A stretch of DNA of 64,000 bases from a virus. The DNA is taken from the IMG/VR virus record IMGVR_UViG_3300045988_082835. One strand, given 5' to 3'. Below, piece after piece: positions 33,207-45,806 of the stretch. Below the pieces are notes generated by a model. That model made no database searches and was not told where the DNA came from. It saw only the letters and a program-made list of their open reading frames with translations. The position numbers and the translations under genes are program-made. Position 1 is the stretch's first letter, and each line of letters starts with the position of its first letter.

Positions 33207-33243
33207 ACTAAAATTTTATATATTCAAGTGAGGGAGATTTTAA

Positions 33244-33738
33244 ATGTCTGTAAAAGTAAAAGATAGACACATATCAAAGCAAGATTGTCTTTATAAAGCA
33301 CGCGACTTAATGGGATATATTTTAGTCTTGACTCGTCCTAGAGAATATGATAAGGATGGAAAACAAATTTGCAAGCCTGGACTGCTTGGAGAGGGTCAAC
33401 CTCTTCAAGCGTTCGGGTATGATATAATTAAGTGCGGAAAGGGCTTACATGCTTGTTGTTATGAGGCGTGTAAGATAAATTTGAAAGACAAAGAAACCCT
33501 TGCAAAGAGAAATGACTATCATAATAAAGCACTAGAATATTGTGATAGTATATTTCGACAAATCGACCTATGTATTTATTAGTATGCTCAGAACAGCAAA
33601 AAGAAGAGACGCTCTTTTGAACATCTAGCTAGATTGACAAAGAGAGTAAAAGAGTCAATCCAAGATAGAAAGAATAGAGATAAACTTATAACAGAGCATA
33701 GATATTCAGCTCCTAAAAGATATAGGAGAGGTCGATAA
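33244..33738 (+). CDS. avd: DGR accessory variability determinant (Avd)-like protein with a highly basic tail (one TAG)
   Basis: Lies between the target gene and the template repeat. ORF 33244-33582 continues in frame to ...KKKRRSFEHLARLTKRVKE...RYRRGR. Confidence 0.55.
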
Positions 33739-33768
33739 TATTTTTCTGCGGTTAAGTTCTGTATCTTT

Positions 33769-33868
33769 CGGTCCCGTAACTACAACAACTCGAACAACGT
33801 TTGCAATGTCAACAACGATGGATCTGCGAACAACAACAACTACAACAACAGCAACGGGCTCGCGCCGG
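33769..33868 (+). repeat. DGR template repeat (TR)
   Basis: Adenine-rich (AAC-rich) donor sequence. The overlapping ORF 33801-34022 is spurious. Confidence 0.8.
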
Positions 33869-34179
33869 ATTAGATGGAGCTATCATGTTGCGAGTTAAGC
33901 TGCGGAGCAGCGCAAACGAGCAACGCCTAAATAGTACCCCAGAGTATATTATTATCCATCTAATTAAGGTTTACTCTGGATTGCACTCACTTTATGTGGG
34001 GAAGAGATTGAGAGACCATTAAAGAGCTTTGCTCTACAACTATCGAATAATATACTATAGGTAGATCTGCCTTTTCATCTAAGGAGAACTTAACCATTTC
34101 ACTGAAAAAGTGGATAAAGTAAGACTGTAGACGTGGAGCTCGAGTAGCTACCACTATAGCTACATGATAAGGAGAAAGT

Positions 34180-35397
34180 ATGTCTGAAATAAAACAAGAT
34201 ACTGCTTTCGAGTGTTTTTGTAGTTTTGACGCTATGTATGATGCGTCTTATAAGGTATGTCGAAACGTTCGATGGAAAGATAGTACAATTAATTTTGAAG
34301 AGAATAGGATAGAAACAATTTTAAAAACAGAAGCTGACCTGCGAGCGTGTGAATACGAACAGCTTGTGTTTAGTTGTTTTTCGATAATCGAACGAGGCAA
34401 GCCAAGAGACATAAGAGCGTGTCATATCAACGACAGATTGGTGCAAAATGCATTATGTGAACAAGTTTTGCTACCAGAATTAACTCCTAGATTTATCTAT
34501 GATAATTGTGCAACCCTAAAAGGAAAGGGAATAGACTTCGCTCTGAAAAGGGTTAAGAAACATCTTCAATAGGCTCATAAAGAGTATGGGTTAGGAAAAG
34601 ATTTTTATGGATTAAGAATTGATATACAAAAATATTTTGATTCTATTGACCATGAATCTTTAAAGAAAGCAGCTAAACGACTAATAAAAGATAAACTTGT
34701 TTATTAGTTATGTTGTTACTTAATAGATACATTTTCTTTTAAGCTAACAAAAGATACTTCACCTATGCCAAATAAAATATATTACACAAGTAAACGACAC
34801 AAGTATGAAAGAGTTAATGTTACTCATTTCTAGCCTGGTCGTAAGTATTATGAATATGAAAGAAAGAGCCTAGGATTAGGAAGTCAAACATCACAATTAT
34901 TCGCATTGCTAGCATTGAACGAAATTGACCACTTCATAAAAGAAGAGTTACATATTAAGTATTATGGTCGTTATATGGATGATTTATACTTACTCCATAA
35001 TGACAGTAAATACTTGGCCGAATGTGAGAGACAAATAGAAATTCGCTTAAATAAACAAGGATTAAAGATGAATAAGAAGAAAACTACTATCACTAGAATT
35101 TCTCCTATTCACGAAGACGGTAAACGTCATGCTCCTTTTAAATATTTAAAGTGGAATTTTCATCTCACAGAAACTAATCATATAATACAACTTCCTTTCA
35201 AGAAAAAAGTAGCTCATTAGTGCAGAAAATTAAAGAAAATGCAAGCTTTATGGTTAGCTAATAAAATTTCAACTGAAGAAGTTTAGAAATCTTATTAGGG
35301 TTGGAGAGCACATATTTCTAAAGGAACTTGCTTTTATATAATTCAGGACATGGACAATTATTTTCGTTCATTATTCAAAGGAGTTGAAATAAAGTAA
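34180..35397 (+). CDS. DGR reverse transcriptase (about 5 in-frame TAG)
   Basis: ORFs 34180 and 34906 are in the same frame. RT motifs FYGLRIDIQKYFDSIDH and YGRYMDDLYLL (YxDD) are present. AAGGAGAAAG ribosome-binding site. Confidence 0.75.
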
Positions 35398-36059
35398 TGT
35401 ATATTCTATTAAATAGAGAGAATGTAGTAGTTGATATTCTTTCAGAAGCACGTTACATTAAACTGCAATCCTCAAACGGTATTGTCGTTGCCTGCGAGGA
35501 AGAAGAGGGAACTGGGGTTATCGGCTCAGACAGTGATACTCATTACACTCTAGTCAAAGCCGATGTATTAAATCAACCTAATGCTGTTACAGTATTAGAG
35601 TTAGAAACAATTCCATCAGATGTCATTCCTAACTATTCAAAATATAATCAAGAAGATGGTACTTTCATCGCTGATTTAAATTAGGCAAAATATGATAAAC
35701 AAGAGGAAAACAAGAAACTATTCGCAGAGTATCTTGCTACCCACCCATTAACTTGGGTTGATGGAAAAGAATATGGAATTACGTAGGAGGACCAGTCTGA
35801 GATTAGTTTGAATCTCAATCAATATTAGGTGGCGGTAGCTGCTGAAGTAGAAAATCCTACGCTTGAGTGGCACGCTAGACACGAAGAGTGCGTACCATGG
35901 ACTTTAGAGCAATTATCTGCTCTAAGTTTAGCTATTTCTAATGCGGTATATCAGAAATATCATTTAATGCAAGAATATAAAACCTAGATATTTGGAGCTA
36001 ATTCGATAGATGAATTGAAAGCTATTGAGTTGAATTATGAAGATACCGACAGTGAGTAA
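35397..36059 (+). CDS. tail fibre assembly-like protein (about 220 aa, about 5 TAG)
   Basis: ORF 35397-35684 continues in frame. The C-terminal region TLEWHARHEECVPWTLEQLSALSLAISNAVYQKY is of tail-fibre-chaperone type. Confidence 0.4.
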
Positions 36060-36495
36060 AAATATAATTCTATTCGTAGTGGGAGGAACTCTATATTACA
36101 GTATAGAGTTCCTCTATAAAACTTTTATTAGCCTTGGAGTTTGTCATTGGTCTATGTTTTTGCTAGGTGGCTTATGCTTTCTATTAATTGGACTAATGAA
36201 TGAGAATATTCTTTGGGAAGAATCTATCTTAACTCAAGGAGTAAAAGGATCTTTAATTATAACTGCTTTAGAATTAATTTTTGGATTAGTTTTAAATATA
36301 AGACTAGGTTTAGGTATTTGGGATTATTCTAACATTCCACTTAACTTTATGGGGCAGATTTGCTTGCCCTTCTCTATTGCATGGTTCTTCTTGAGCCTTT
36401 TAGCAATAGTGTTAGATGATTACCTTAGATGGAAATGGTTTGGAGAAGAAAAACCGCATTATCACTTATACAGTAGACCTCCTTGCGAGGAATAA
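36037..36495 (+). CDS. hypothetical four-helix membrane protein (152 aa)
   Basis: ORF track. Confidence 0.45.
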   Translation: MKIPTVSKNIILFVVGGTLYYSIEFLYKTFISLGVCHWSMFLLGGLCFLLIGLMNENILWEESILTQGVKGSLIITALELIFGLVLNIRLGLGIWDYSNIPLNFMGQICLPFSIAWFFLSLLAIVLDDYLRWKWFGEEKPHYHLYSRPPCEE

Positions 36496-36545
36496 AAAAA
36501 ATAGGGAGAACCTTAATTAAAAGGTTCTCCCTATTTTTTTTTATT
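36493..36545. terminator. bidirectional terminator
   Basis: atagggagaacctt-aattaa-aaggttctccctat flanked by an A8 run and a T9 run. Confidence 0.7.
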
Positions 36546-37323
36546 TTACATCAATAATAACAATAGCAATATCGCTTTCTGGTTTATCTTTTGTGTAGAA
36601 AGTGATTCCAGATCCTACAGTTGCATCAGCATGATCAATTTTACTATATTCCTCTAAATTAGAAGTATAAGTAATGATAGGTGGCACATTTCCCGCTTTT
36701 CCGCAAGTTAAAGCAGTATTAGAGTATGTCTATGTATACATATCTCCGTTCAATACCCATGATGCCGCGGCAAGAGTGGTTGTATAAGCTACAGATGTGC
36801 TACCAGTAATTTGGTTATCTGTTTCTGACTTGCTATATACATCCAAATTAGTTCTGGCTCGCGCGGCTGTCGTGCCTCCAGTTCCTCCAACCTAGATTGG
36901 AAGTGTACCAAATGTAGGTGCACCCGCAGTAATCGCGTATAAAGCACCAGCACCTTGTAAACCAGCCACACCATTTTCCGCATTTCCGATTACTAAACTG
37001 CCGGCTGCAATTTCAATCATTTTTAATGCTTCTGTTCCATTTCCTACTAGCAAAGCATTAACAGTTAATGTATCATGTCCAGTTCCACCCTACGCTACAG
37101 TAGCAGTCATATTTTTAAGAAAAATGTCGTCAATATCAATTTCAGTAACATTATTCTTTAAAACTTGAGCAGCATAGGCATTGACCTGTAGACGTCCGCC
37201 CTCTATATTACTTACATCAATAAATAAATTTCCTGTGTCCTCGCAGAAATAGGCGTATCCTTCATGAAGAGGTACATCATTAAGATCCTCTTCTGCGCCT
37301 TTAAAAATCTTAAATAAAGCCAT
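36541..37323 (-). CDS. tail fibre-like protein (260 aa, three TAG)
   Basis: ORF 37090-37323 (AAGGAGG ribosome-binding site) continues to ...VGGTGGTTAARARTNLDVYSKSE..., matching the GGTGATTAAGAR(A/T)NLG motif of phage fibres. Confidence 0.5.
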
Positions 37324-37356
37324 TTTAGGCCCTCCTTTATACTCTCTAAATATAAA

Positions 37357-39267
37357 TTAAGGTATTAAATCACTAAAACTTCCCCAAGATAGTAATTCTT
37401 CAATCTATGTTGCAGAATATGTCTATCTATCCTTATTTGTAATAGTTCCACCTATTAAGCTATTAATATAGTGAATACTGTAAGTTTTATTTGTTACTTC
37501 TCCACCATCTTCACTATTATAACTATTATCAATAAGGTTAGAAATACCGCCAGTTAGCTAGACTCTTCCCCACACTCCATCTGCGGCTTTATAATACCAG
37601 TAAGAAGTTTCTTGGTTAGTTTCATATTCTACCCACGTAATAGAGAAAATATCCTACGCGCTAATTTCTCCATCATAGTTTTCTTCAATATAATCTACAC
37701 CATTCTATAAAGAATCTTTTAGCGTGTCTGTCTCATTTATTGTGTAGCTCTTAACGATATTAAGAGCCTCGCCAACAGGGCCTTTTAAATTGCCGGAATT
37801 TTTCTCCCATATACCAGAAGAATTTAATTCATATATATCTCCGGTTTCTGTATTTAAATATAAATCTCCAGCTTTCGCACCCTCAATAACAGTAGATGTT
37901 GTTGAATCAGAAATCTAAGTTCCAGAGTATAATTTTGATCCTCTAGGAATCTTAAAATCAATATTTATAGTGTCATCTGCTGTAATTTCATTGGATACAG
38001 AGCCAGTTTCGTCAATTCCAACAAAAGCAAATGAAGTAGTGTATTTAACCGCGGATGGCAGCCCAAAAACTAGCTTCCAGGCAGTTTGTTCTTCGTTAGT
38101 AAACTCCCTTGTAACCGTAGGGATTGTCGGCTCAAACTCAGAACCTTTATCTGTATATGGCTTTAATTCTGTAACTTCTATAGTAGGAAGAGGAGACTAA
38201 ATACAAGCTATATACTAAAAAGTACAAGTGGTTCCAGTTTTATTGATTACTTTATAAATAAAACCGGTTGGTGCATTAATGTAATAATCACCAACATTAT
38301 AATCCACAAAAGAATCATTAGTTTCTTCGTAAGTTCCTTCTGTTCTCTCGCCTAGTAACTCGCCATAGTAAAATTTAACCGCTTCTGGTAAACTAAATTT
38401 CAATACTGGCGCATTAATATTCGAATCATCCATTACTACAGATGGATTCTCCTCGGGTCCCACTACCGTAGTTTCTGGATCTCCCATCACCTAACTTTGA
38501 GGCAAGAAGAAATTAATAATTGGATTGTTTATATCATCAAAATTTATTTCAAATCTAGGTTTTTCATTAGCATCTAAAGTTGTAGTAATACCTTCCTATA
38601 ATGACTAAGATACAGGTAGATAAAACTTAATTGCCGGTTTGTTGATAGAATAATCTCCTGAAACTTCTAAAGATACTCTTGGATTTTCACCTACATCTAA
38701 TAATTCTACTAATGCAGTATTAATTACCTAAGATTGCGGTAAGGACAACTTTAAGCTAGGATTATTTATATCGGTCGTGTCTAAAGACGCTTCTGGAAGT
38801 TCATTACAATCCAGAATAGTAGTCTCTCCTAACTAGATATTCTAACTCTATGGTAACTGAAAAGTAAGCCAAAGTCTATCTAGATCGGTATTATCCCAAA
38901 CCACGTTTGGATCTTCATCTGCATCCAAGACTTCTGTGTCATTTAAGCTAATTCTTGGTGTATTACCAGTCATGGAAGCTATCATCTTATAGTATAGGCC
39001 GCCCGCAGATCCGCTTCCATCTTTATCATTATAACATTTTTGCCAAAGAGTAGAGTTATAGCTTTTCCCATAATTCTATAAATCTTCATTCTTATAAATA
39101 TCATAGTTTGTATCGCTTGGCAAACCATATGATACAACAACGAGATCACCTGGGAAGATAGAAGATGTCCAACCCTTTGATAAATCTCTATCCATCTAAT
39201 ATTTGCTAGTAAAGATTTCCTTAATATCAAAATCTCTACCTTTAGGTCCTCCATAGAAACTTTCCAT
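37357..39267 (-). CDS. tail/baseplate structural protein with five tandem repeats of about 35 aa ending ...L(P/S)(Q/V)SQ (636 aa, many TAG)
   Basis: AAGGAGGTG ribosome-binding site; MESFYGGPKGRDFDIKE...; contains ORF 38215-38490 in frame. Confidence 0.4.
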
Positions 39268-39281
39268 AGTTTGACACCTCC

Positions 39282-39872
39282 TTATACATAGATAAAATCA
39301 ATAATAACATTATACAAATCCTAATAGTTCTCTGGAGCATCAATATTATCAGGATTGGGTAACACATATATACCGTTTACACCCTAATTATACAAACTTA
39401 ATGCTGTCTAATAAGCCTCTATATAGGTAGTCTAAATATTATTATATGAATCCCAGTAAGCTCTATATCCCTCTGGATCTGTATCCGGGTCTGGCATAAC
39501 TGGATTTTCTTTATAAAATTGTTCCAAATCGTCTGCTCGTTTTTTATCCGCAGCCTACATTCCTTCAGTTCCCTACTCAATCGCCTACTAGGAGGCTTCT
39601 TCATCTTTTTCATACTTTCTAGGTCTAATAAAATACATATTAGTAATAGCTATGTCATCATCTAGTTCATATATTCCAGTTCTACCAACCATAATAGTCT
39701 TTGATTCATTCATAACTATTTTTGTGCCGGCAGGAGCCTATACCCCAACTTTATTAAATTGAGAGGCTCCTACCTAGGCAATAATATCACTAAATATATT
39801 CTACCCACTAGAGACGTAGCTACCACTGTTATTATCTATTACATTATAATATACTTGACCAACAGTTGGCAT
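39282..39872 (-). CDS. hypothetical structural protein (196 aa)
   Basis: AGGAGGAGTAGGAGATAATG; MPTVGQVYYNVIDNNSGSY... Confidence 0.35.
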
Positions 39873-39884
39873 TATCTCCTACTC

Positions 39885-40088
39885 CTCCTTATACTCTCGT
39901 TAATACTTCCGTTGCAGTAATGCTCATAGTTCCATTATAAGCAAGAGGCAAAGTAAACTGAGTTATCTAGTAATTTCCACTAATGCCGCTATCTTTATCT
40001 TCAATATAGAGAATATTATTTGGCTCCATATAATACTTTGGTAAGCAAGTAATAGATATGGTTGTATTATAATTTAAATTCTAATACA
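39885..40088 (-). CDS. hypothetical small protein (about 67 aa)
   Basis: Manual translation MLY(Q)NLNYNTTISITCLPKYY... Confidence 0.25.
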
Positions 40089-40104
40089 ACATTTCTCTAA
40101 TCTT

Positions 40105-41793
40105 ATCAAAACAACTCGCATTAGTAGAGCTTATTGAAAATAAATCATAGTATTCAGAAGTAAGAACAAAAAATCTCTAACCTATCCCTCGATATTCTGC
40201 TATCAAGTCCTAATCAAGTCCTTCAATAAAAATAATATCAGGGGCTTCCATATTATATACGGAAGTTATATCAGAACCATTAACCACTTTAGTCCTTCTG
40301 CCTATTTCATTTATTGAATATTTTCCCATCTCTGAACCCGTATCTATAAAATCTAACCAATAGTTCAAATTTTCTGGATTGTTAAAAACATCAGGGTTCC
40401 AATGATCGTATTCATCCCATTTCTCATTCAATGGATCATATAAATTACGCCATTCCGCGATTAATTCGGAATCATAGTAGTTATCATATACGCTATTAGT
40501 TACCTGCGCATTTAATGCTCTACGGTACAGCTCTTCTCGCCACTCATCACATGGAGACCCGATTAATTTTGTTTCATATCCAGATACAGAGTAATCACTA
40601 GCTATATTATTAAAATCATATCTTACTATTAGTCCAGTTTCTTTATCACTAATAGCCCACATATAATACCCAGCCAAATCTATAATAGGTTTGGTATCAA
40701 TAGCTAAATGGTATCTAATGTCCACTTCTACATCAGATGTAGTTTTTCTTTTACCCCAAACATAAAAATCATTTTTAATATTATCAAACTTTGGACTGCG
40801 GGTTATCGCAGTCGTGGTATCAAGCTCGGTTAAAGAATATAAGAATTTAGCATTATTATAACTCTTTACATAGTTTGCTGGCGTAAGTTCAGTTAAAGGG
40901 CTTCCAGTATTAAGATAGTTCTTTATCTCCTAAAAGATAAAACGACCGTTTATATCATAGAAATATTCAAAATTTCCAAGAACATCCACTATCTTATCTA
41001 GTAATGCAGTTACAGTATCACCAGCATCTAAAATCAATTCACCGGGATATGTAAATTCTGTTTCTTTATATCCAGCATCCTATCCATAGCTTACCATACG
41101 CGGGAAGTCTGAGCTGGGAGAGAAATCCATACTCTCATAATTATTACTAAAATATACTGGTTTGTCACCAATATACTTAACCAACATTTTACAGGTTTCC
41201 TCTATATCTGTAATAATTATATTCTCTATAGCTTCCCCTCCCCAGTGGTTTACCGCTTCATATATAATCTGGAATATGGTCGGATATACAATCTCTATAT
41301 CTCCATCATTCTTCTATATGTAACTTTCATGGAGGGTAATAGAACCTGGAAAGGTACCTCCCGCAGTTCCATCTAATAAACACATCTTATCTTTTCCATT
41401 TATAGAAATTGTCCATCCAGAAGTCGATCTTGCTATTGATGCATTAGACAAGACAAATAGTCCGCAAGGAAACCAAATTATATCTCCATAACTAGAATAA
41501 GATCTTAAGGGGTTATTATATCCAACAAACACTTTAACCTTTTTGTTTATCGAAATCTCGTTATCTATATTCTCTATATCGCTATTATTTCCATCGGCTA
41601 GCATAGTTAAACTAATTGTTCTGCGCACTGAAGATGAACCATTAACACTTAAACTTCCTGCTGTTATGCGACCTTGTATCTCTCTAATAGGTTTTTCATC
41701 GAAAGAAAGCAAAATAATTTTCGCATAATGGGTTTTAATGTTTAACTTATCAAGGGCAGTAAGAAATTCCATATCGTTTAAATAATCAAACAT
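40105..41793 (-). CDS. tail/baseplate protein (562 aa, about 6 TAG)
   Basis: ORFs 41314-41793 (AAGGTGGAA ribosome-binding site) and 40210-40725 share a frame and are joined across TAGs. Confidence 0.4.
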
Positions 41794-41797
41794 AATA

Positions 41798-44575
41798 CTA
41801 TTCCACCTTCATACGCATTTGATTTGTTAAACACTTATAGTTTATTACACAGAATTGAGCGCTTTCTAGAGCGATATATTTAATCATATTATCCAATGGG
41901 TTAAGTGTATATCTCCCTGTGGGACCGATTTTTACAGTAATAGGATTACTTCCATCAGCATTTGAGCTAAGAAGAATAGTAGTTCCTTCGTCTGCTTCTA
42001 TATCGAACAAAGTAATATCACTAAAAGTGTAATAAATCTCTCCGTCTGTTAGCCGTCCATCGCTACTTAATTCAAAGTGTGTATTATATATAAGCTCAAC
42101 TTGCTTTTGTGTCTCTTCTTTTATTATCTCGTAGATATTTACCGTTTTATATAGATTAAAAGTCGTATTATCAACAATAATATCTCCTTGTTTATCCCTA
42201 ACTAGAAATTTTTCCATATTCGCAGGAACATTACTAAATATGCGATATGTGTCACTATTCTTATAATCATAGTTATAAAACTTTAAAACACCATCTGTTC
42301 CTGTAAATATTCCAGAAATCTAACCCCAAATACGAGAAGCATCAATAGCAGAAACAACTCCCACTGAAACATCTTCAACCTAATTTAACTGACAAACATA
42401 ATTCACAATAATAGGAACTGTTGATGCAGATAGAGATAGAGAATTAACATTCTCACTTAAATGATACATTCTACCTGGTGCAACTAAGATCCTTGAACCA
42501 TTAACATTAATTTCAATAGTCGCAGATTCAGGCCCATTAAGAGCAAGAATTAAATTTTCACATTCCTCAATCTATCTATCATACTCAGAAGTATCTTCTT
42601 CATTACCTGCGGCTTCCGCTCTAAGAGCTTCTAATTCTAGTAGCTACGCGGTTAGATCTATCTTTGGGTATTGTTCAACTAGGATATCAGTAACCTAAAC
42701 TAAGTTTAGTTTATACCCTCCACCTATGCTAACCTCTTCCTATTCTCTTATCTTTGCGTATAAGTCTATATTTCGACCATAAATTCCGCTTATCTGCCCA
42801 AAGGAATTTATTCTATCTTCGCTTGCTAAACTCTCAAATTCACCAATATCAATTATATTAACTTCATTTAAATTTTCTATGGTGTTCTCTAATACTTCAT
42901 ATGCCGTAGCAGAAAAAGAATAGAGCATGCGGCCGACCGTATTATTCGGAGTCAAAGAAATATTAAGCAAGCCTATAACTATATTCCCTTCGGTTGGAGA
43001 CTTAAATAATTTATAGTTAAAATCATTTAAAAATTCTTCTACCTTTTCTCTAAAAGCTCTTTCAATGAAAACATTATCATCTGTTAAATCAGTTGAAATA
43101 GATAATTTACTCTCATTAGTTGAGACTTCTGAATGAGTTGTCTATCTCTCTTGACATTTTCCTCTAACCACATTTTTGATAGTAAACTTATCTTCTGGGA
43201 TTGCAAGTTTGCCATTATAATAAAGGCCATCATCATCTAGAGAGAAGAATGTCTAATATTCATCCATCTAAAAACTAATCAAACCAGAAATAGGAAATTC
43301 TGCATAGTAAGCATTACCATTCTAAATTAAATGAGGGTATTTATCTCCTAAAGTATCCTATTTACTTCTTAAAGTGGTATGTTTAAAGCTGGATAAGGTT
43401 TGATTGAGTGATAGTTTTAACTATACTCCATCTCTATAAATATAGCTGTGCTCAAAATCAACACTACGACCTTGGTTAGAGGTTTCATATACCTAGGAAG
43501 TCCGCAATCCTGCGGAGTTCTCTTGCTATATAGCGTATTTGTATCTAATTCCGCTTTCAATAATAAAATCGGTATAGATTAGTGAATCGTTCAAAACCTA
43601 ATTAGAAAATTTAAGATACTTCAAATCTTCCCATATCTAATAATTATCTTTCTCTGAACTTCTAGTTATTACATAACTTCCACTTAATCCATCTTTTGCT
43701 GTGCAAAAAATCTTTATACAACCATTCTCTTTGCAATATATATCGCTATCTTCAACTCTTATAGATACTCCTTCTAAATCACCTAGATAAGTTCGACTAA
43801 CAGAAAAATTATACTAATCAGACTCTCCCTCATAACCATTGACGGTAATAATAGAGTACACAACAGTATAATCTTCACTATTAGTTAATACTGTTTTAAA
43901 TCTATGAGTATCTGTATTATTAATAGAGCCATTATGCTAGATCCACCCAGAGCTTTCGATTAAATCACTGAGATCCTACGAAGAACCTTTGTATAAATCA
44001 AATTTATATTTATCCAATAATTCATTACTACTAGATTCAATCTTGTAACTGCCAATAAATAGCGGTGTTAAAGTTGCTTCTACTCGTTCTGTAGATATAA
44101 CATCTTCTCGCTTTGCCTCGTCGTTTTCTATAATAATAGTCGGAGTATCTATCGCTTTAATTACCATTACAGTAGACCATTCAGAGAAAGCTCCTTCATC
44201 TATTTGCTATTGTTTCCATGTTGCAAATTCATCTACCGAGGTATACATAGGATTAATTCCAAAGCGCATCTGCACTTTATATAAATACCCTGGCTACCAA
44301 GATTCGAACAATTCATTTTTATTGATTGATACAAAATACTAATTGCCCAGGGAACCAATAGCAGAGGGTGCTTTATAGATTGTCCCATCTGGGTATTGAT
44401 TTGTATTAACAATGCTTTTATTATTCGACTAACGCACTATTCTTACCTATATATGTCCTATATCATTAAAAGATGTAATTGACTGTAAGGTAAAATAGAT
44501 TTGATATACATTCACACTGGCTAGAAACGCTGGCTATGTGCTCTACAGAGTAGGCGGGTAAATACTAATTGGCAT
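41798..44575 (-). CDS. large tail protein (about 925 aa, many TAG)
   Basis: Continuous frame if TAG is sense; contains ORFs 41798, 42740 and 43976; GGAGG ribosome-binding site at 44580. Confidence 0.4.
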
Positions 44576-44640
44576 AGTTAACGCCTCCTTTTTCTCATCT
44601 AAGATATTTAAAAAATCTTATATCATTAATAAAGATAATT

Positions 44641-44676
44641 GGCCAAAAGGCTGACGAGTTTTATTCCTCGTCAGCC
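44641..44676 (-). terminator. rho-independent terminator
   Basis: ggctgacgag-gaataaaa-ctcgtcagcc plus a T-run on the minus strand. Confidence 0.6.
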
Positions 44677-45032
44677 TCCACCATAAAGTATAGAATATTC
44701 ATAACCTTTAAAGGAATATCATATCCCTACAAAATATCAATAGAAAAGGTAGCTAATGGAACGCTAGTATTTACAGCTAATAAGTTATTTAGTTCTTTAT
44801 TCGCCGCGTCTCTTTTCTCTTCTGGGATTGAATAAGTAATATCGTCTACTTGTTCTCCATACCTTTCAATAATTTTCTTGCGCTCATTATAAATATCCTC
44901 AGCAATAGAAGAAAGAATTTTTAAATTTCTTATCACCGAATATGACACACTTGCGGGAAGGCATGATTGATCTTGAACTATATTACTTAATCCCTCGGTT
45001 ATTTCTAAAATATCCTTGTTTGACATTTTCAT
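44661..45032 (-). CDS. hypothetical protein (123 aa, one TAG)
   Basis: ORF 44727-45032 plus read-through; AAAAGGAG ribosome-binding site. Confidence 0.4.
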
Positions 45033-45052
45033 AATTAAAACTCCTTTTTCTC

Positions 45053-45793
45053 TTATGGCGAAACTGCGTCAGCTAGTGCTTCAAATAATGCAGCACTAAT
45101 CAAAGTTCTATCTGCGGTAACTTTTGAAGTCCCGCAAGCCGATGCCATAGAATTATAAATACTTGCGGTTATCCAATCACCCCTTGAAACTTTTAAATAA
45201 TCATATGAAGAATACTAATTTGATTGACTGCGCCAACTTTTATATTTACCAACCTAATCAGCTAATTCATTCCAGTTAGCTGCGGTGGCATAATCCGCTA
45301 TATAATCCCCCGGACTGCATCCAAAAGAAAAACCAGTTGGTTGCGTATATACAGTTACACTATCTGATGCAGAACCTAAGCTAACTGTTGTTCTAGATGT
45401 AGTTGGACCAGTTGTTGTTGTTACATCTTCATAAATTGGTTTTCCATTTTCGTCTTTTCCAACCTCTTGTCTATGAGTGGACCATCTAGTTACAGTAGTG
45501 GTTTTTGTGCATCTAGCACTCAACGTCCCTCTTACCGTATTTGCCCTGCCCGCAGTTAAACCAGTAAAGGTATGAGTTGGTTCTTTAGAGCTAGAAGTTC
45601 CTCCATCACTAAAACTCCAACTCCATACTGTATTACTATAAGAGATAGTAGTTCTAGAACCATTTTTACTATCTCCGGTTGTGGTTGTTCCAGAATCGCT
45701 TGGATATACCCATCCTACCGCAGTACAACTTATTGAAGCATATCTCTATCCAACACTAGAATAAGAGGGAGAGTGTAAGGTTACAGAACCCAT
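45053..45793 (-). CDS. hypothetical Thr/Ser-rich structural protein (246 aa)
   Basis: AAGGAGTG ribosome-binding site; contains ORF 45254-45523. Confidence 0.35.
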
Positions 45794-45806
45794 ATATAAT
45801 CACTCC

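Noticed and set aside
33801-34022. 88-aa plus-strand ORF rich in Gln.
   Set aside because: It lies on the DGR template repeat and its flanking non-coding RNA region. The poly-Gln translation is an artefact of the AAC-rich TR.
38405-44310. tRNA-like T-loop strings (attcgaatc at about 38415, gattcgaac at about 44295).
   Set aside because: Both lie inside long structural-gene reading frames, and no acceptor or anticodon stems can be drawn around them.
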